DNA of 63,521 nucleotides, filler included, from Octopus bimaculoides (GCF_001194135.2; 7 parts of 6 records of this genome joined end to end with filler, not necessarily neighbours in it), one strand, 5' to 3'. Shown: positions 1-12,282, counted from the whole stretch's first letter. The notes: generated by a model not told the origin, from the letters alone. A program made the numbers and translations.

Positions 1-125
1 ATAAATGGGAGAATTTACGAAAACAACAACAGACGAGGACAGGTGGTGTAAACAACAAAAGGATGTATTAGTTTAACGCTCGGGAATACAGGAAGTCTTT
101 AACGTTTCGAGCTATGTTTTCAGTA
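1..125 (-). repeat. Partial copy of a Penelope-like terminal repeat (family H1), truncated by the window edge
   Basis: Reverse complement aligns by eye with 1350-1470 (shared cgaaacgt.aaagact...cccgagcgttaaactaatacatc...tttacac...gtc.tcgtc). Confidence 0.6.
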
Positions 126-335
126 ATGGAAATTAAGGCTTGACCCCTCTCCTCAAAAAGAAGTTTTCAAAGTTTTATTCCCCACCACTACAAAACTGGA
201 TGTTTTTTTTTTTAATTTGAAAAAAAAAAGTTTTTTTGGGCTGCTCCTGTTTAAAATGCACTAATTTTAATTTTGAAAAAAGAATGTTTTGTTTTCAATG
301 TTTTCTTTCTTTTTTCAAAACATCAATACCAGTTT

Positions 336-821
336 CTAAGAATAACTTTCCTCTTTGAATTTGGGGGAATAAACTGAAAGAATATCATGCTTTCTTTTTA
401 TCTCCCTTGTTGCATTCCTTTCCGTTTTACTGTCTCCCCTCTCGCTTTCTATTCTCTTTCTTACTTTTTCTCTCTTCCCCCTTGTTTTTTTCACACACTG
501 GTGAGTCTGGTCATTGGTCAGTTCATGAGGAACTTGTGAAGGATCAAGTTCTGCCGACAACATACGAGTGCTTGTGCTTGGTTGTTCAATCACTTCAAGC
601 AAAGTCTCATCTCCCACAACAGAAGGTCTCCCTGACCTTGGTTTGTCTTTGAGGCTGATGTTGCATTCCTTGAAACGCCTGAACCACTTTTGTGCCATAT
701 GTTCGTCAACAGTTCCTGGGCCTTCCACATCATTAATTTCTTCTGCTGCTGCCTTTGCACTCAGTCCTTTTTTCCAAAGGTAGCATAAAATGGCTCTAAT
801 TTCACCCTTTTCATCACTCAT
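336..821 (-). mobile_element. Mariner transposase N-terminal remnant (HTH DNA-binding region), internally deleted, no DDD domain
   Basis: ORF MSDEKGEIRAILCYLWKKGLSAKAAAEEINDVEGPGTVDEHMAQKWFRRFKECNISLKDKPRSGRP matches the mariner pattern (R..I...F..G.....A...I...G...V.....WF.RFK.G...L.D..RSGRP). Confidence 0.85.
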
Positions 822-975
822 TATGAAAGCTGTAAAATAAAGGAGAAAAAAAACAATTCAACAACAATTGGACAATGAGTTATATCAAATTAACGATATA
901 ACATGAAAATATATGTTGCCAAAAATCATCAGTGAAAATCTGAAAAAAGTTTTGACTCAGTTTGATATATATATA

Positions 976-1226
976 TTGGGTTGGTGCATAACTATTGCGG
1001 CTTTTTTCAACAAATTTTATTCAACAAAAGCAATAACAATATTTAACAAAAAACATCTTTAAATGACGGTCTGACCATCTGCCAAGCAAATGGGAAGCAG
1101 TAATTAAAGTAGATGGTGAATATGCTTCAGAATAATCATTTAAAGATGCTTTTGTTACATGTTGTTATTGTTTTTGTTGAATAAAATTTGTTGAAAAAAA
1201 GCCACAATAATTATGCACCAACCCAA
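976..1226. mobile_element. Mariner-derived MITE (Hsmar1/MADE1-like terminal inverted repeats)
   Basis: TIR TTGGGTTGGTGCATAACTATTGCGGC ... GCCACAATAATTATGCACCAACCCAA; TA on both sides within a (TA)n tract. Confidence 0.85.
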
Positions 1227-1330
1227 TATATATATATACAGGGTTGGCCAGAAGCCACCCAACAGTGAATCAAAATTCCATAAATCTGTAATTCTGTATT
1301 GACTCAAATGAAAAAAATTCNNNNNNNNNN

Positions 1331-1470
1331 GTTTATTTCTGTGTTCCTTTCTGTTGAAGAGCGTAGGATCGAAACGTAAAAGACTTTCTCACTTCCCGAG
1401 CGTTAAACTAATACATCTGTTTGTCGTTTACACACCCGTCTTCGTCTTTTGTTTTTTGTAACTTCTCGCT
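1331..1470 (+). repeat. Penelope-like terminal repeat (family H1) with a hammerhead-like motif at 1347-1382
   Basis: CTTT-CTGTTGA-A-GAGC-GTAG-GATC-GAAA-CG-T-A-AAAG; ends in (TA)n; homologous to 1-125 on the minus strand. Confidence 0.55.
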
Positions 1471-1493
1471 ATATATATATATATATATATATA

Positions 1494-1711
1494 CAGGGTT
1501 GGCCAGAAGCCACCCAACAGTGAATCAAAATTCCATAAATCTGTAATTCTGTATTGACTCAAATGAAAAAAATTCATCGCTCAAGAAGGACTTCAGTTTG
1601 AACAACTTTCATGATGTTTAGATGCTTTTATTAAATTCATTCAGTTGTTAAACAGAGATAAATCTTGAAATTAAATAGTTTTTATTGTCAGGTGACTTTT
1701 GGCCAATCCTG
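1494..1711. mobile_element. Tc1/mariner-superfamily MITE (218 bp)
   Basis: TIR CAGGGTTGGCCAGAAGCCACC ... GGTGACTTTTGGCCAATCCTG with TA flanks; a partial identical copy lies at 1239-1320. Confidence 0.8.
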
Positions 1712-1789
1712 TATTTATACATATCTTTTGGTTTTTGTTTTGCAAGGAACTTGGTGAGCTTGTTGGTGATGATGTCACATAAAAACCAC

Positions 1790-1957
1790 CCAGTACACTC
1801 TGTAAAGCAGTTGGCATTAGATTAGGAAGGGCATCCAGTTGTAGAAACCATTGCCAAGATAGACAATGGAACCTGGTGTGGCTCCTGTCAAACTGTCCAA
1901 CCTATGCCAGTGTGGAAAGTAGATGTTGGATGATGATGACGATGATGGTGATGATGA
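1790..1957 (+). mobile_element. 3' tail of an RTE-type LINE, ending in (GAT)n
   Basis: ttaggaagggcatccagttgtagaaacc...aacctatgccagtgtggaaag...(gat)n; homologous to 46640-46830. Confidence 0.7.
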
Positions 1958-2084
1958 TCAACTTTTGTCAGTTCTTCTCCGAAGTTAAATTTAGCCTCCC
2001 AATAGAAGTGAAATTACAATTACAATATTCTGCCTTTAAATTATACTTTAATGTGGTTCTGCCACCCCGATGCACTAGGATGGA

Positions 2085-2510
2085 CCCTCTATATTTGATA
2101 TTGCCCCTCCCATACTCTAAAGTAGAGCCCCAATATTTGATATTGTCACTTCTATACTTCAGTGCAGTGAACTAAATTCCAATGTTGCCCTTCTTATACT
2201 AAAGTGTGGACCCTACACTCCAATGTAGTCATTCTTATTCTCATAATTGACCCCACTTTTATGCCCTTCTTATAACTCCAGAGTGGTCCCTCACTATTTT
2301 GATATTGCTCTCATAATCTTTTCTATACTCCAGTGTAGTCTATTAAATTCCAATGTAGCCCTTCTTATTCTCTAACTGACCCCACTTTTATTCCTTTGAC
2401 TGTAGCCCCTCTTACAGTAAATCCAGTGTGGTCTCTAACAAACTCTTATATTCCAATATTGTCCTTCTTATACCTTCACTGTGGTCCCATTTATTCTCCA
2501 ATCTTGTCTC
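2085..2510. repeat. Degenerate minisatellite-like tract
   Basis: Recurrent motifs ccaatgt.gcccttcttat, ccagtgtggtc and gaccccacttttat at irregular spacing. Confidence 0.5.
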
Positions 2511-2759
2511 TCCTACTATCAATATCTTGCTGTCAATGATCATAATCATTCCTCTACATGTATTGTTATGGCATTTAACAAACCATATTTGATGGCATAA
2601 AAGACACTGAGGCATGTAAGAAGCCTCCCAATATCAGGAGCACATATTTCGGAAAAAAAAGATGTTGTTGGTGCATTAAAACTTTTAGCTCAATTTTGTA
2701 TCTAGGATCACGGGTGATGTTTTGGAGGCATCATTTGAGAGAAAAAAATAATGTCTTAT

Positions 2760-2925
2760 ATGTCATTGTCATCATCCATTTTCCCTGCTGTCATGGGTTT
2801 GATGCTTTGGCAGGAACTGGCAAGTCAGAAGATCACATGAAGCTTTGGCATGGTTTCTGTGGCTGGATGCCCTTTCTAATGCCAACCACTTTACAGAGTG
2901 GACCAGATACTTTTTTATGTGGCAC
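2760..2925 (-). mobile_element. RTE-type LINE 3' tail, diverged
   Basis: Reverse complement of the tail (catcatcc..tttccctgctgtcatgggtt ... gctggatgccctttctaatgccaaccact). Confidence 0.6.
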
Positions 2926-2981
2926 TGGAGGCAGGGGGGGGGGAGTAGGATTGAGGGACAGAAAGGTGTCTTGCATTAGAC

Positions 2982-3454
2982 CAGTGGTTCCCAACCTTTT
3001 CACTACCAAGGACCCCTTTAATTTAAATGAATTTTCCCATGGACACCTTTTAATATGCTTATCCTTATATATATATAAAAAGCACCATCCGATGCCAGCC
3101 CCCACACCCCGACTGGCTTCCGTGCTGGTGGTACGTAAAAAGCACCATCCGAACATGGACAATGCCAGCCTCCTCTGGCCCCTGTGCCAGTGACACATAA
3201 AAGGCACCTACTACACTCAGAGTGGTTGGTGTTAAGAAGGGCATCCAGCTGTAGAAACCTTACCAGATCAGATTGGAGCCTGGTGTGCAGCCTCCTGGCT
3301 TCCCAAACCCAGTCAAACTGTCCAACCCATGCCAGCATGGAAAACGGATGTTAAACGATGATGATGATGATGATGATGATGATATATATGAAATCTTGAA
3401 TTTAGTTCATGGACCCCAGTACTACCTTTGTAGACCACAGGTGGGGAACCACTG
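2982..3454. mobile_element. hAT (Charlie-like) MITE containing a nested RTE tail
   Basis: TIR CAGTGGTTCCCAACCT ... AGGTGGGGAACCACTG; exact 8-bp target duplication CATTAGAC at 2974-2981 and 3455-3462. Confidence 0.9.
3075..3382 (+). mobile_element. RTE-type LINE 3' UTR/tail nested in the hAT MITE
   Basis: aaaagcacc...gccag..ctggc modules, then gaagggcatccagctgtagaaacc...ggacgttaaac-like sequence and (gat)n. Confidence 0.75.
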
Positions 3455-3891
3455 CATTAGACAAAGAAGAGAGAGAGAGGAGGGAAAGCTGGTGAAGATG
3501 TGATGGGAGAGATGCCATATACCCAAATTACAGGATGGTGTACATAGTGAAGTGGACTGAGGGATTGGAGAGGGTGGGTAAGTTCTCAAGATTTCCAAAG
3601 GAGTGGAAGCAAAAGGTAGAGGGGTAGGTGAACATGTGGGAGAATGGAAGGGTGGTGGGAAACATTGCTGGTGATCATGGGTAGGTTGTGGGAGAAGGAT
3701 GGGGGTTCATGAACATAGACTTTGTTATTACACATGGTAATCCTTCCTCTACATGTATTGCTGTTATTTAATGTAATCATTCCTCTGCATCAGTCAATGG
3801 CTAAGGCAGTCCTCTCTCTACATACCACTATGTCAACTGACAATCCTTCCCCTAGCTTAGATTTCTACATCCTGACAACATATAATGAACA

Positions 3892-4260
3892 GCAGGAGTG
3901 GCTGTGTGGTAAGTAGCTTGCTTACCAACCACATGGTTCCAGGTTCAGTCCCACTGTATGTCACCTTGGGCAAGTGTCTTCTAATATAGCCTCAGGCCGA
4001 CCAAAGCCTTACGAGTGGATTTGGTAGACAGAAACTGAAAGAAGCCTGTCGTATATATGCATATGTGTGTGTTTGTGTGTCTGTTTGTCACACCCACTTT
4101 CTTTGACAACCAATGCTGGTGTGTTTATGTCCCTGTAACTTAGTATTTCGACAAAAGCAACCGATAGAATGAGTACTAGGCTTACAAGAAATAGGTCCTG
4201 GGGTCAATTTGCTTGACTAGCATGGCCGCAGTCAAATGACTGAAGCAAGTAAAAGAATAA
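3892..4260 (+). mobile_element. tRNA-derived SINE family A, near full length
   Basis: Head ggagtggctgtgtggtaag...ggttcagtccc (A/B-box-like), core ccttgggcaagtgtcttct, internal (TA/TG)n, tail ...gcatggccgcagtcaaatgactgaagcaagtaaaagaataa; many copies in the window. Confidence 0.85.
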
Positions 4261-4799
4261 AGCTTCATCTCTTCTCTTTGTGTAGTAACAATCAATATAG
4301 GTTTGATGGTCATGTTATCTATCTCAATTCCTTCTTTCTATCATTTTTTCCCCTGTGTATTAAAGGTTACACAAGTTCAGTAGCATAACTCTAGGGAGGG
4401 CACAGAATTGACCATAATACTATAAGCTTCGACCCCATGTATAAAATTTATAAAAGTAACCATTCAAAAAATATATTTTGAATTACAAGCTGTACCGAAC
4501 TGGTAGGTAAATGAGCCCTAGTGAAGTATTTATTTCTAGAATATTGCTTTAAAACATTAATTACTTGTAACGAACAAGTACTATATAATATTGTGGATTT
4601 TGTAATTGGGGGGGGCGCGCATTTCTGCGGCTTGCTCCAGATGTGGTTTACCCCAGCTATGTCACTGCTCAAGTTTTCCTAAAAACTCAATCATTTATGA
4701 TTATATTCTAGGAAACGTAATGTGTTGACAATAGGGACCTGGTTTTCCTTCAGTTGTTCTAAAAGAATCAGATCACATCTAGTCATGAAAAGATTCGTG

Positions 4800-5117
4800 C
4801 CAGGTTTGGGTTCGTGCCAGGTAAAAGCACTACTGATGCCTTATTTCTAGTAAGACAGCTGCAGGAGAAATACCTAGCCAAGGATAAACCTCTGTACCTG
4901 GCTTTCGTTGACATGGAGAAAGCCTTTGACAGGGTCCCCCGATCCCTTATCTGGTGGTCAATGAGGAAACTTGGGATAGAAGAATGGTTAGTGAGAGCTG
5001 TGCGAGCCATGTACAGAGATGCTGCCAGTAAGGTGAGGGTTGGAAATGAGTACAGCAATGAATTCCGGGTAGAGGTAGGGGTCCACCAAGGTTCCGTCCT
5101 CAGCCCCCTCTTATTTA
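4800..5117 (+). mobile_element. RTE-clade reverse transcriptase fragment, cut by a scaffold spacer
   Basis: FGFVPGKSTTDALFLVRQLQEKY...LYLAFVDMEKAFDRVPR...GVHQGSVLSPLLF: RT motifs DxEKAFD and QGSVLSP. Confidence 0.95.
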
Positions 5118-5217
5118 NNNNNNNNNNNNNNNNNNNNNNNNNNNNNNNNNNNNNNNNNNNNTTAATTAATTAANNNNNNNNNNNNNNNNNNNNNNNNNNN
5201 NNNNNNNNNNNNNNNNN
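5118..5217. other. Artificial scaffold spacer (44 N + TTAATTAATTAA + 44 N)
   Basis: Identical 100-bp structure six times in the window; the 12-mer puts stops in all six frames. Confidence 0.95.
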
Positions 5218-5720
5218 ATATATGTATATATATATATATATATGTATGCATGTATGTATGTATTAACCTAAATGTCGGTCAACGCGAATCACAATAGAAA
5301 TTTCTTTTACTTCAACAGATCACGCATAGGGTGTGTGAAAGGGTTCCGTTTTGTGGCCGACATCATATAACACACTCTGATCTTCTCTTCGTTGTAAACG
5401 CTTTGCGTTTTGCCCTCAGTTTTCTTCCTATTCAGATTCTTGCATCGATTTTCTGTAATTCTCTATTCTCTTTATTTTTTAATGTATTCTAGTGTACATG
5501 TGTACGTGTATTCGTGTGTGAGCGTGTGTATTCGTGTGTGTGTGTGTGGGTGTGTGTGTGTGTGTTTTCAGATGACAAAGCATCTTAATAATCTCGTTGG
5601 GATACGTATTTGAATAAACTCATTTCTTTTGAAAACTCGATAAATATAATCTTAAATTATATTTTCTCAAAAATCTCCCCTAGTCTCTCTTTACATATAC
5701 TCTATAATACATTTATGAAG

Positions 5721-5775
<55 letters not shown>

Positions 5776-6988
5776 AAGGGAGGGAAAAATCACAGTTTTC
5801 ATCTATACTTCAAAATATAAGCATTTCCCACGAGCGTAAATGCAAAATTTTAACTGATCTTGTCAAAAAGATTTCCAACAATTGTCATGACATCTTTTAT
5901 ATCGAGATATTAACAAGAAATATTTTTCCTTAGCTCAGTCCTACAGGGAATTTTCTTTATAGGTTCCGATTGCCATCAAAGTGGCTATATGTAATTCTCT
6001 GTTAGCATCAATAGGCCAAAATGTAAAAAAAAAAAAAAGAAAGAAAAATACTATGTATCAAATTCTTTATATACAGTTGGGAGATCTAAGCTACAAAGAG
6101 AAATATTCATTGCTGCGTTAAACTTCGTTAAATACTCACTTAATGATATTTAATATATATTCATCGGTTTTATCACTTTATATAAAATACATAGACCAAA
6201 CTGTCACTTATTTCCTTTATCATAGCCTTTCTTTCTTTCTTTCTTTTCTATATTTCCTCCATTTACCATTTTACATTCATTTTACATTTACCACTTTATG
6301 TTATTTTACACTTTACATTCAGTGGAGGGAAGTTCCAATGATTAATATGCTTTAGTTTCACGACCAAAATATCATGATTTCGCTTCCTGGATCAATTGGG
6401 TCGTTGCGTCCTTAAGCAAGACATTTCATTCCATGTTGTTCCAGTTTAGTCCACTGAAATGTGTACCAGACAAATATTAGTTCAACCGTTCTATGGTTTT
6501 CATATCTTAAGGTTCTGCTTGATGAAAGAATGGAGGGATCCAAAAGGTTTCTATGTCTGCTCTCGACTCCTCAGTCAATTAAAGCAATTAACGAGATCAT
6601 GGTTCAGGATATCGGAACATATATGGGTACAGGACATCAAAAAAAAAAACAACCTTAAACACAATGAGAAACGAAAACATAACGAAAACATAGAAAACGA
6701 ACATTTTTTCGAACAACAAAAAAAACAGAGAAACGAGACATGCAACATAAAGAGTATACCCCTTCGTCAGTTGTCCCTGTTTCATCTACTCCACGTTTCG
6801 AAGGTAAGGACAATACGCAACTTCGTTGAAACAGTCCTTCCCGCAAAGAAAATTAAATAAAATTTGGGATTTTTTGCGGAGCGTGAAAGTGTTAACGAGA
6901 ACAGGACAGTGAGAACAAACGGTGAGGGCTGTTGAGCCAAGACGATAGAAAGATTATTATGAACGTTATAGATAGATATATATTTATT

Positions 6989-7020
<32 letters not shown>

Positions 7021-7846
7021 NNNNNNNNNNNNNNNNNNNNNNNNNNNNNNNNNNNNNNNNNNNNNNNNNNNNNNNNNNNNNNNNNNNNNNNNNNNNNNNN
7101 NNNNNNNNNNNNNNNNNNNNNNNNNNNNNNNNNNNNNNNNNNNNNNNNNNNNNNNNNNNNNNNNNNNNNNNNNNNNNNNNNNNNNNNNNNNNNNNNNNNN
7201 NNNNNNNNNNNNNNNNNNNNNNNNNNNNNNNNNNNNNNNNNNNNNNNNNNNNNNNNNNNNNNNNNNNNNNNNNNNNNNNNNNNNNNNNNNNNNNNNNNNN
7301 NNNNNNNNNNNNNNNNNNNNNNNNNNNNNNNNNNNNNNNNNNNNNNNNNNNNNNNNNNNNNNNNNNNNNNNNNNNNNNNNNNNNNNNNNNNNNNNNNNNN
7401 NNNNNNNNNNNNNNNNNNNNNNNNNNNNNNNNNNNNNNNNNNNNNNNNNNNNNNNNNNNNNNNNNNNNNNNNNNNNNNNNNNNNNNNNNNNNNNNNNNNN
7501 NNNNNNNNNNNNNNNNNNNNNNNNNNNNNNNNNNNNNNNNNNNNNNNNNNNNNNNNNNNNNNNNNNNNNNNNNNNNNNNNNNNNNNNNNNNNNNNNNNNN
7601 NNNNNNNNNNNNNNNNNNNNNNNNNNNNNNNNNNNNNNNNNNNNNNNNNNNNNNNNNNNNNNNNNNNNNNNNNNNNNNNNNNNNNNNNNNNNNNNNNNNN
7701 NNNNNNNNNNNNNNNNNNNNNNNNNNNNNNNNNNNNNNNNNNNNNNNNNNNNNNNNNNNNNNNNNNNNNNNNNNNNNNNNNNNNNNNNNNNNNNNNNNNN
7801 NNNNNNNNNNNNNNNNNNNNNNNNNNNNNNNNNNNNNNNNNNNNNN

Positions 7847-7915
<69 letters not shown>

Positions 7916-8174
7916 ATATATAAACGTTTTCTCACCCCCACTATTTCTTTATGTCTTTCTTCCTCTATTGTGCTCACTTCATTCTTTCACCTTAGCCTTC
8001 ACCACCATCACCTCCCCTACACTTTCCCCCTCCTTCTTCCTCCTTTCTTTCTATCCTTATCCTCATTCCCTTTCTTTCTCCTTTTTTTCTCCTTCTTTTA
8101 TTTTCTGTACCTTTAACACCATTCCTTTCTTTTAACGCCATTCTTTTCCTTTCCAACATTCTTCTTTTCCCTCT

Positions 8175-8720
8175 CATTCTGTTCTCCTCCTCCTCCTCCT
8201 CCACCACCACCACCATCCTCACCACCACCACCACCACCACCACCACTAACCCTGCCTTCGTTATTTCTCCATTTGAAGTCATTGAACTATATAACATATG
8301 ATTGATTATTAAAATGGCAGATATGAAAAAAGGAAGATTCGGTTCGATGATTGAGCCACATCCACCATAATCACCTCCATCCCACCCCACCCCAGCCCAA
8401 CCATCTCATCCCACCCCAGCCCAACCACCATCAGACACCACACATTACCACCTAACACACTCCACATCTCCTCGTATCACTCCACACTAGGTAACACGCC
8501 ACCTCACACGCCATGTACCACCTCTCTATACCATCCTCACTTTGAAACAATCCGCTCAGCACCACCCCACATCACGTCACACCATTTCGAGCCACCGAAA
8601 CCGACCACCTCCACCACACTACCGTCACCACAACCATCGCAACACCAGCGCTATACCAACACCAATTAACTACTACAACAACAACAACTACTACTACTAC
8701 TACTACTAATACACCATCAT
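8175..8720. repeat. Low-complexity (CTC/CAC/CAA/CTA)n tract
   Basis: Direct reading. Confidence 0.85.
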
Positions 8721-9099
8721 TAAACCTGTACCAGTCTGCACTACTACAGCACTACAACACCCACAACTTATACTACGTCACAAGACCAAACACCACTCCA
8801 AAATTACAGCTTCCTGACACTGCTATATCAATACCACGTGACTACAACACTCCAATATCATATGACCGCCATTTTGTCACCATTATATCTTTTATCTTTT
8901 ATCTTTTATTTGTTTCAGTCACTTGACTGCGACCACGCTGGGGCAGTCCATCACAACAATACTACTAAAGCACTAAAAACCACACCACACTACTGGACAC
9001 CACTGCAACACTACATCAACACTACAACACAGCCACTCCGCTTCAAATCTATCAAACAATATCTGCATCATTAAAACCCAGCTCAAAGATAAGGGGCCG

Positions 9100-9250
9100 C
9101 ACAGTTTGTTAAAAATGGCAGGGAAATCTTCTCATAATATGGTTGTGGACCACCTGTATTTGGGCAACGGATGGGATGGGCACGGCTAGAACGCTTTTGA
9201 CCATAGGATCCTAAATGTGCCTGGTGAGGTTCGTGCAGGGTTAAGCAACA
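9100..9250 (-). repeat. Dispersed copy of the repeat family that forms the tandem array at 48699-49290
   Basis: Reverse complement contains cctatggtcaaaagcgttctagccgtgcccatcc, compared with gacctatggtcaaagatgtcccagttgtgatcatcc in the array. Confidence 0.45.
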
Positions 9251-9285
9251 AAAACCGCAAGACACATTGGACAACATAGTCTTCG

Positions 9286-9363
<78 letters not shown>

Positions 9364-9569
9364 ACATGCATACACACAACACACACACATACACAAACAC
9401 ACACATACACACACATAACACACACATACACACATATACATATATATACATGCACATGCACATACACATACATATGTATATCAAGGGGAAACGGTCATAG
9501 TTGGAACGCCTTTTGGCCATACAATTTATTTTTTATCTAAACAACAATAACGCAGACTATCCTACGTCA

Positions 9570-9830
9570 ACACGTTGCTACTACAATCGCAACCACTGCC
9601 ATCCACACTACCACTACTGCCATCACCGTCGCCACTACCACCGTCACCACTACCACCAGGAATACCACCCCCACCACCACCACCACCATCATCATTGGCA
9701 GCATCGCAACTATCACCCCTACTACAGCTACCATCGGTACCACTTACCACAAGCTCCAACACCGTTGCCACCACCACCACCACCGCCACTACTACCACGA
9801 CCCACTACCATGACTACTACTACTGCTACC
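9570..9830. repeat. Low-complexity (CAC/TAC)n tract
   Basis: Direct reading; explains the poly-H/P/T ORFs here. Confidence 0.85.
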
Positions 9831-10361
9831 AACACACCAACCGACCAGCCAGTCAGCCAACCAACCAAAATAATGGGAGAATCACACTTGAAAATGAAAA
9901 TAGAATTACATTCTACATTCAACTATTTGCTGTGAAGTTAAAAGTATAGAATTATGAAAAAAGCCACTGTAACGCATGAGTGGAGATACTTGCTCAAGGG
10001 TAGGACAGTTGTTAGAAACATAAGGAGAGAAAGTGTGAAAAGAGACAGTGAGGCTAAGTAACTTTGTCCCTTTGGCACTTGTATAATTAGGGGGAAGAAC
10101 CACAGAACAGACGGTGTGGGGTGTTCGATATTGAAGAGGGGGAATAGGTACGGTCGACTGCTTGGTTGATGGTCGTTGGAATTTGAAGATGAAGAGAAAT
10201 GTGGGTGGTTACCATGGTGATTAATGATAAAGGTCATACTAAAGGTTGTCTGTCTTTACAAAGAAAGAATTCTCTTAAGATCTCTTTCCCTTTGGATTTG
10301 TCGGATGTGAAGTCATTGACGTCACATTTTATCAAATGTCAGATTTGAACTATCGCTGTTA

Positions 10362-10480
10362 AGGGTGGCACGCTGGCAGAATCGTTAGAGCGTCGGTAAA
10401 TGTTTACCTCCTGAGTTTAAATGCAGCCGAGGCCAATTTCGTCCTTCGAACTTATCGATTAGAATAAAATTATCTTTCAA
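10362..10480 (+). mobile_element. SINE family B, diverged 5' part
   Basis: ggtggcacgctggcagaatcgttagagcgtcgg...gagtttaaat..gccgagg, matching 48210-48320. Confidence 0.6.
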
Positions 10481-12049
10481 ATAACGAGTTTATTGTTATG
10501 CTGTACCATACCAAGAGCTCTTAACGCCTTTGTAAAAACGTAGGGGTGGCGGCGCTGTTGAGACGTGCGGCGTGTCCTCGGCATGTTAGATCTGATGAAG
10601 CCCAACCCTTTCCAAGTCTGACCACAAACGCATTCCTCCACAAGAAGAAAAATGTGCCAAACAGAAGGAGTTGGAGAAAGTGGAGAATCGAACCAGGTAT
10701 TTTATTTACAAACAAGATGAAAGACAAAGGTAACCTCGACGGAGACAGCTGGAACGAATGCCGCAAAACACTCTATTAAATGCCCTAATTTAGTTGTAAA
10801 TATGTTTATGAAAACCAGAGCGAGATGTCTCTACTGCAAAGTTTTTATCATAGTGTTGCGTAATCAGGTTAATTAGAAATTATAAGAAAACCACGTGACT
10901 TCAGCTACTTGAGTATTTTTAGACTCAGATTTCACGTTTAAAGTTTAAAATCTTTTCAGTATCCTTTTGTACTTGACAATATGTGAGGTTTAGTTTTTAT
11001 GGGATGGTGTTTTTGTTATCACTTAGTGAGGTGGGCAGCACTGTGTTATGAAAGTTTTCAGAACTTCCGAGATTAATGGGAGGGAGCAAGAAAATAATCT
11101 CAAATCGGGGCACTAGCTCGAATGCTTGTATCTGAGTGGACTCGTTAAGACTACCCGAAGGCCAATTTGGATTGTGGTATTAAAGTGGATTGTGAATTAA
11201 CAGAAGCAGTGGAGCATCGGACGAAACCCCTGGCAGTTTTAATCGAAGTTTCTCCATTGGTTATTATTATCATTATTATTTTTGTCCTATTTCCGCGGTC
11301 GTTGATTTTACTTTTATACGTCAAAGAGAGAGAAAAATTTGAAGTTACCATTCTAGAAAGGGGTGGAATGTGGGTAAAGGAATCTTCGAAATGTTGGATG
11401 CGATATCTTGCAATATTTGGTTACGAATCTCTACGTTTTGAGTTAAAATGTTGCCATGGTCTATTAGATGAAAAGTACACCTAAACTATTGCCTATCTTA
11501 CCACAGCCTGGATCCCTTGTAACTTTTTACGGTTTTCAATCAGATACGAGATTTAGGCCAGAGAACACCTCCCTTTATCCCTCTATCTATGTGAGAACAT
11601 CTCCCTCTATCCCTCACTTCTCTTGGAAGCCTTGAAATTTTCATTCATTTCTCAGTAATTAAATGCTATGGCATACCTTCCATTGTTTACTGGGAAACGT
11701 ATATCGTACACAACGATGCAGAAAGATTTTAACCCGAAACATTAAGAGTCGTCGCCCAGACATTTTCAACGCTGTATTTTCGTTGTATTTCGTATTTATT
11801 GTACTTTTATAAAACATATGTGATTTTATTTTGCTTAGTTTAGAAATTCGATCCCAGACTTGTGTATCCAATCTCAATCTCTTTCATGTCCCAATCTATA
11901 AAACCATATGCTTTACCATTGTTTTGATATTCCCACATCTGGCGTACCATTTTCTCATTGTTCTTCAGCGGAGTTCCCTTACTAAACAGAGCATTTTCTT
12001 TCATTGTTCATTAACACTGTTCTCTCTTTATAGCACTGCCTTATTCGAG

Positions 12050-12247
12050 CATACATACATACATACGTACATACATACATCCATACATACATCCATACAT
12101 CCATATATACACGCACATACATACATCCATACATCCATATATACACGCATATACATACATATGTACATACATACATACATGCATACATATTTACACGCAC
12201 ATACATACATACATACATATACATACATACATACATATATACATACA

Positions 12248-12280
<33 letters not shown>

Positions 12281-12282
12281 GT
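12050..12282. repeat. (TACA)n compound microsatellite
   Basis: Direct reading. Confidence 0.9.

Noticed and set aside
6745-6830. Minus-strand CTGACGAAGG and CCTTCGAAACGT as a hammerhead
   Set aside because: The halves are in the wrong order for type I, position 17 would be G and stem I does not form. At most a decayed Penelope-like repeat.
6932-8116. Long ORFs in the track (394 aa here; also 17846-19016, 24168-24871, 25527-26255, 38236-39525 and others)
   Set aside because: They run through N gaps and (TA)n/(CA)n repeats and contain no real coding signal.
10546-10779. MAALLRRAACPRHVRS... as a mitochondrial transit peptide
   Set aside because: The start codon is GTG, not ATG, and there is no supporting exon structure.
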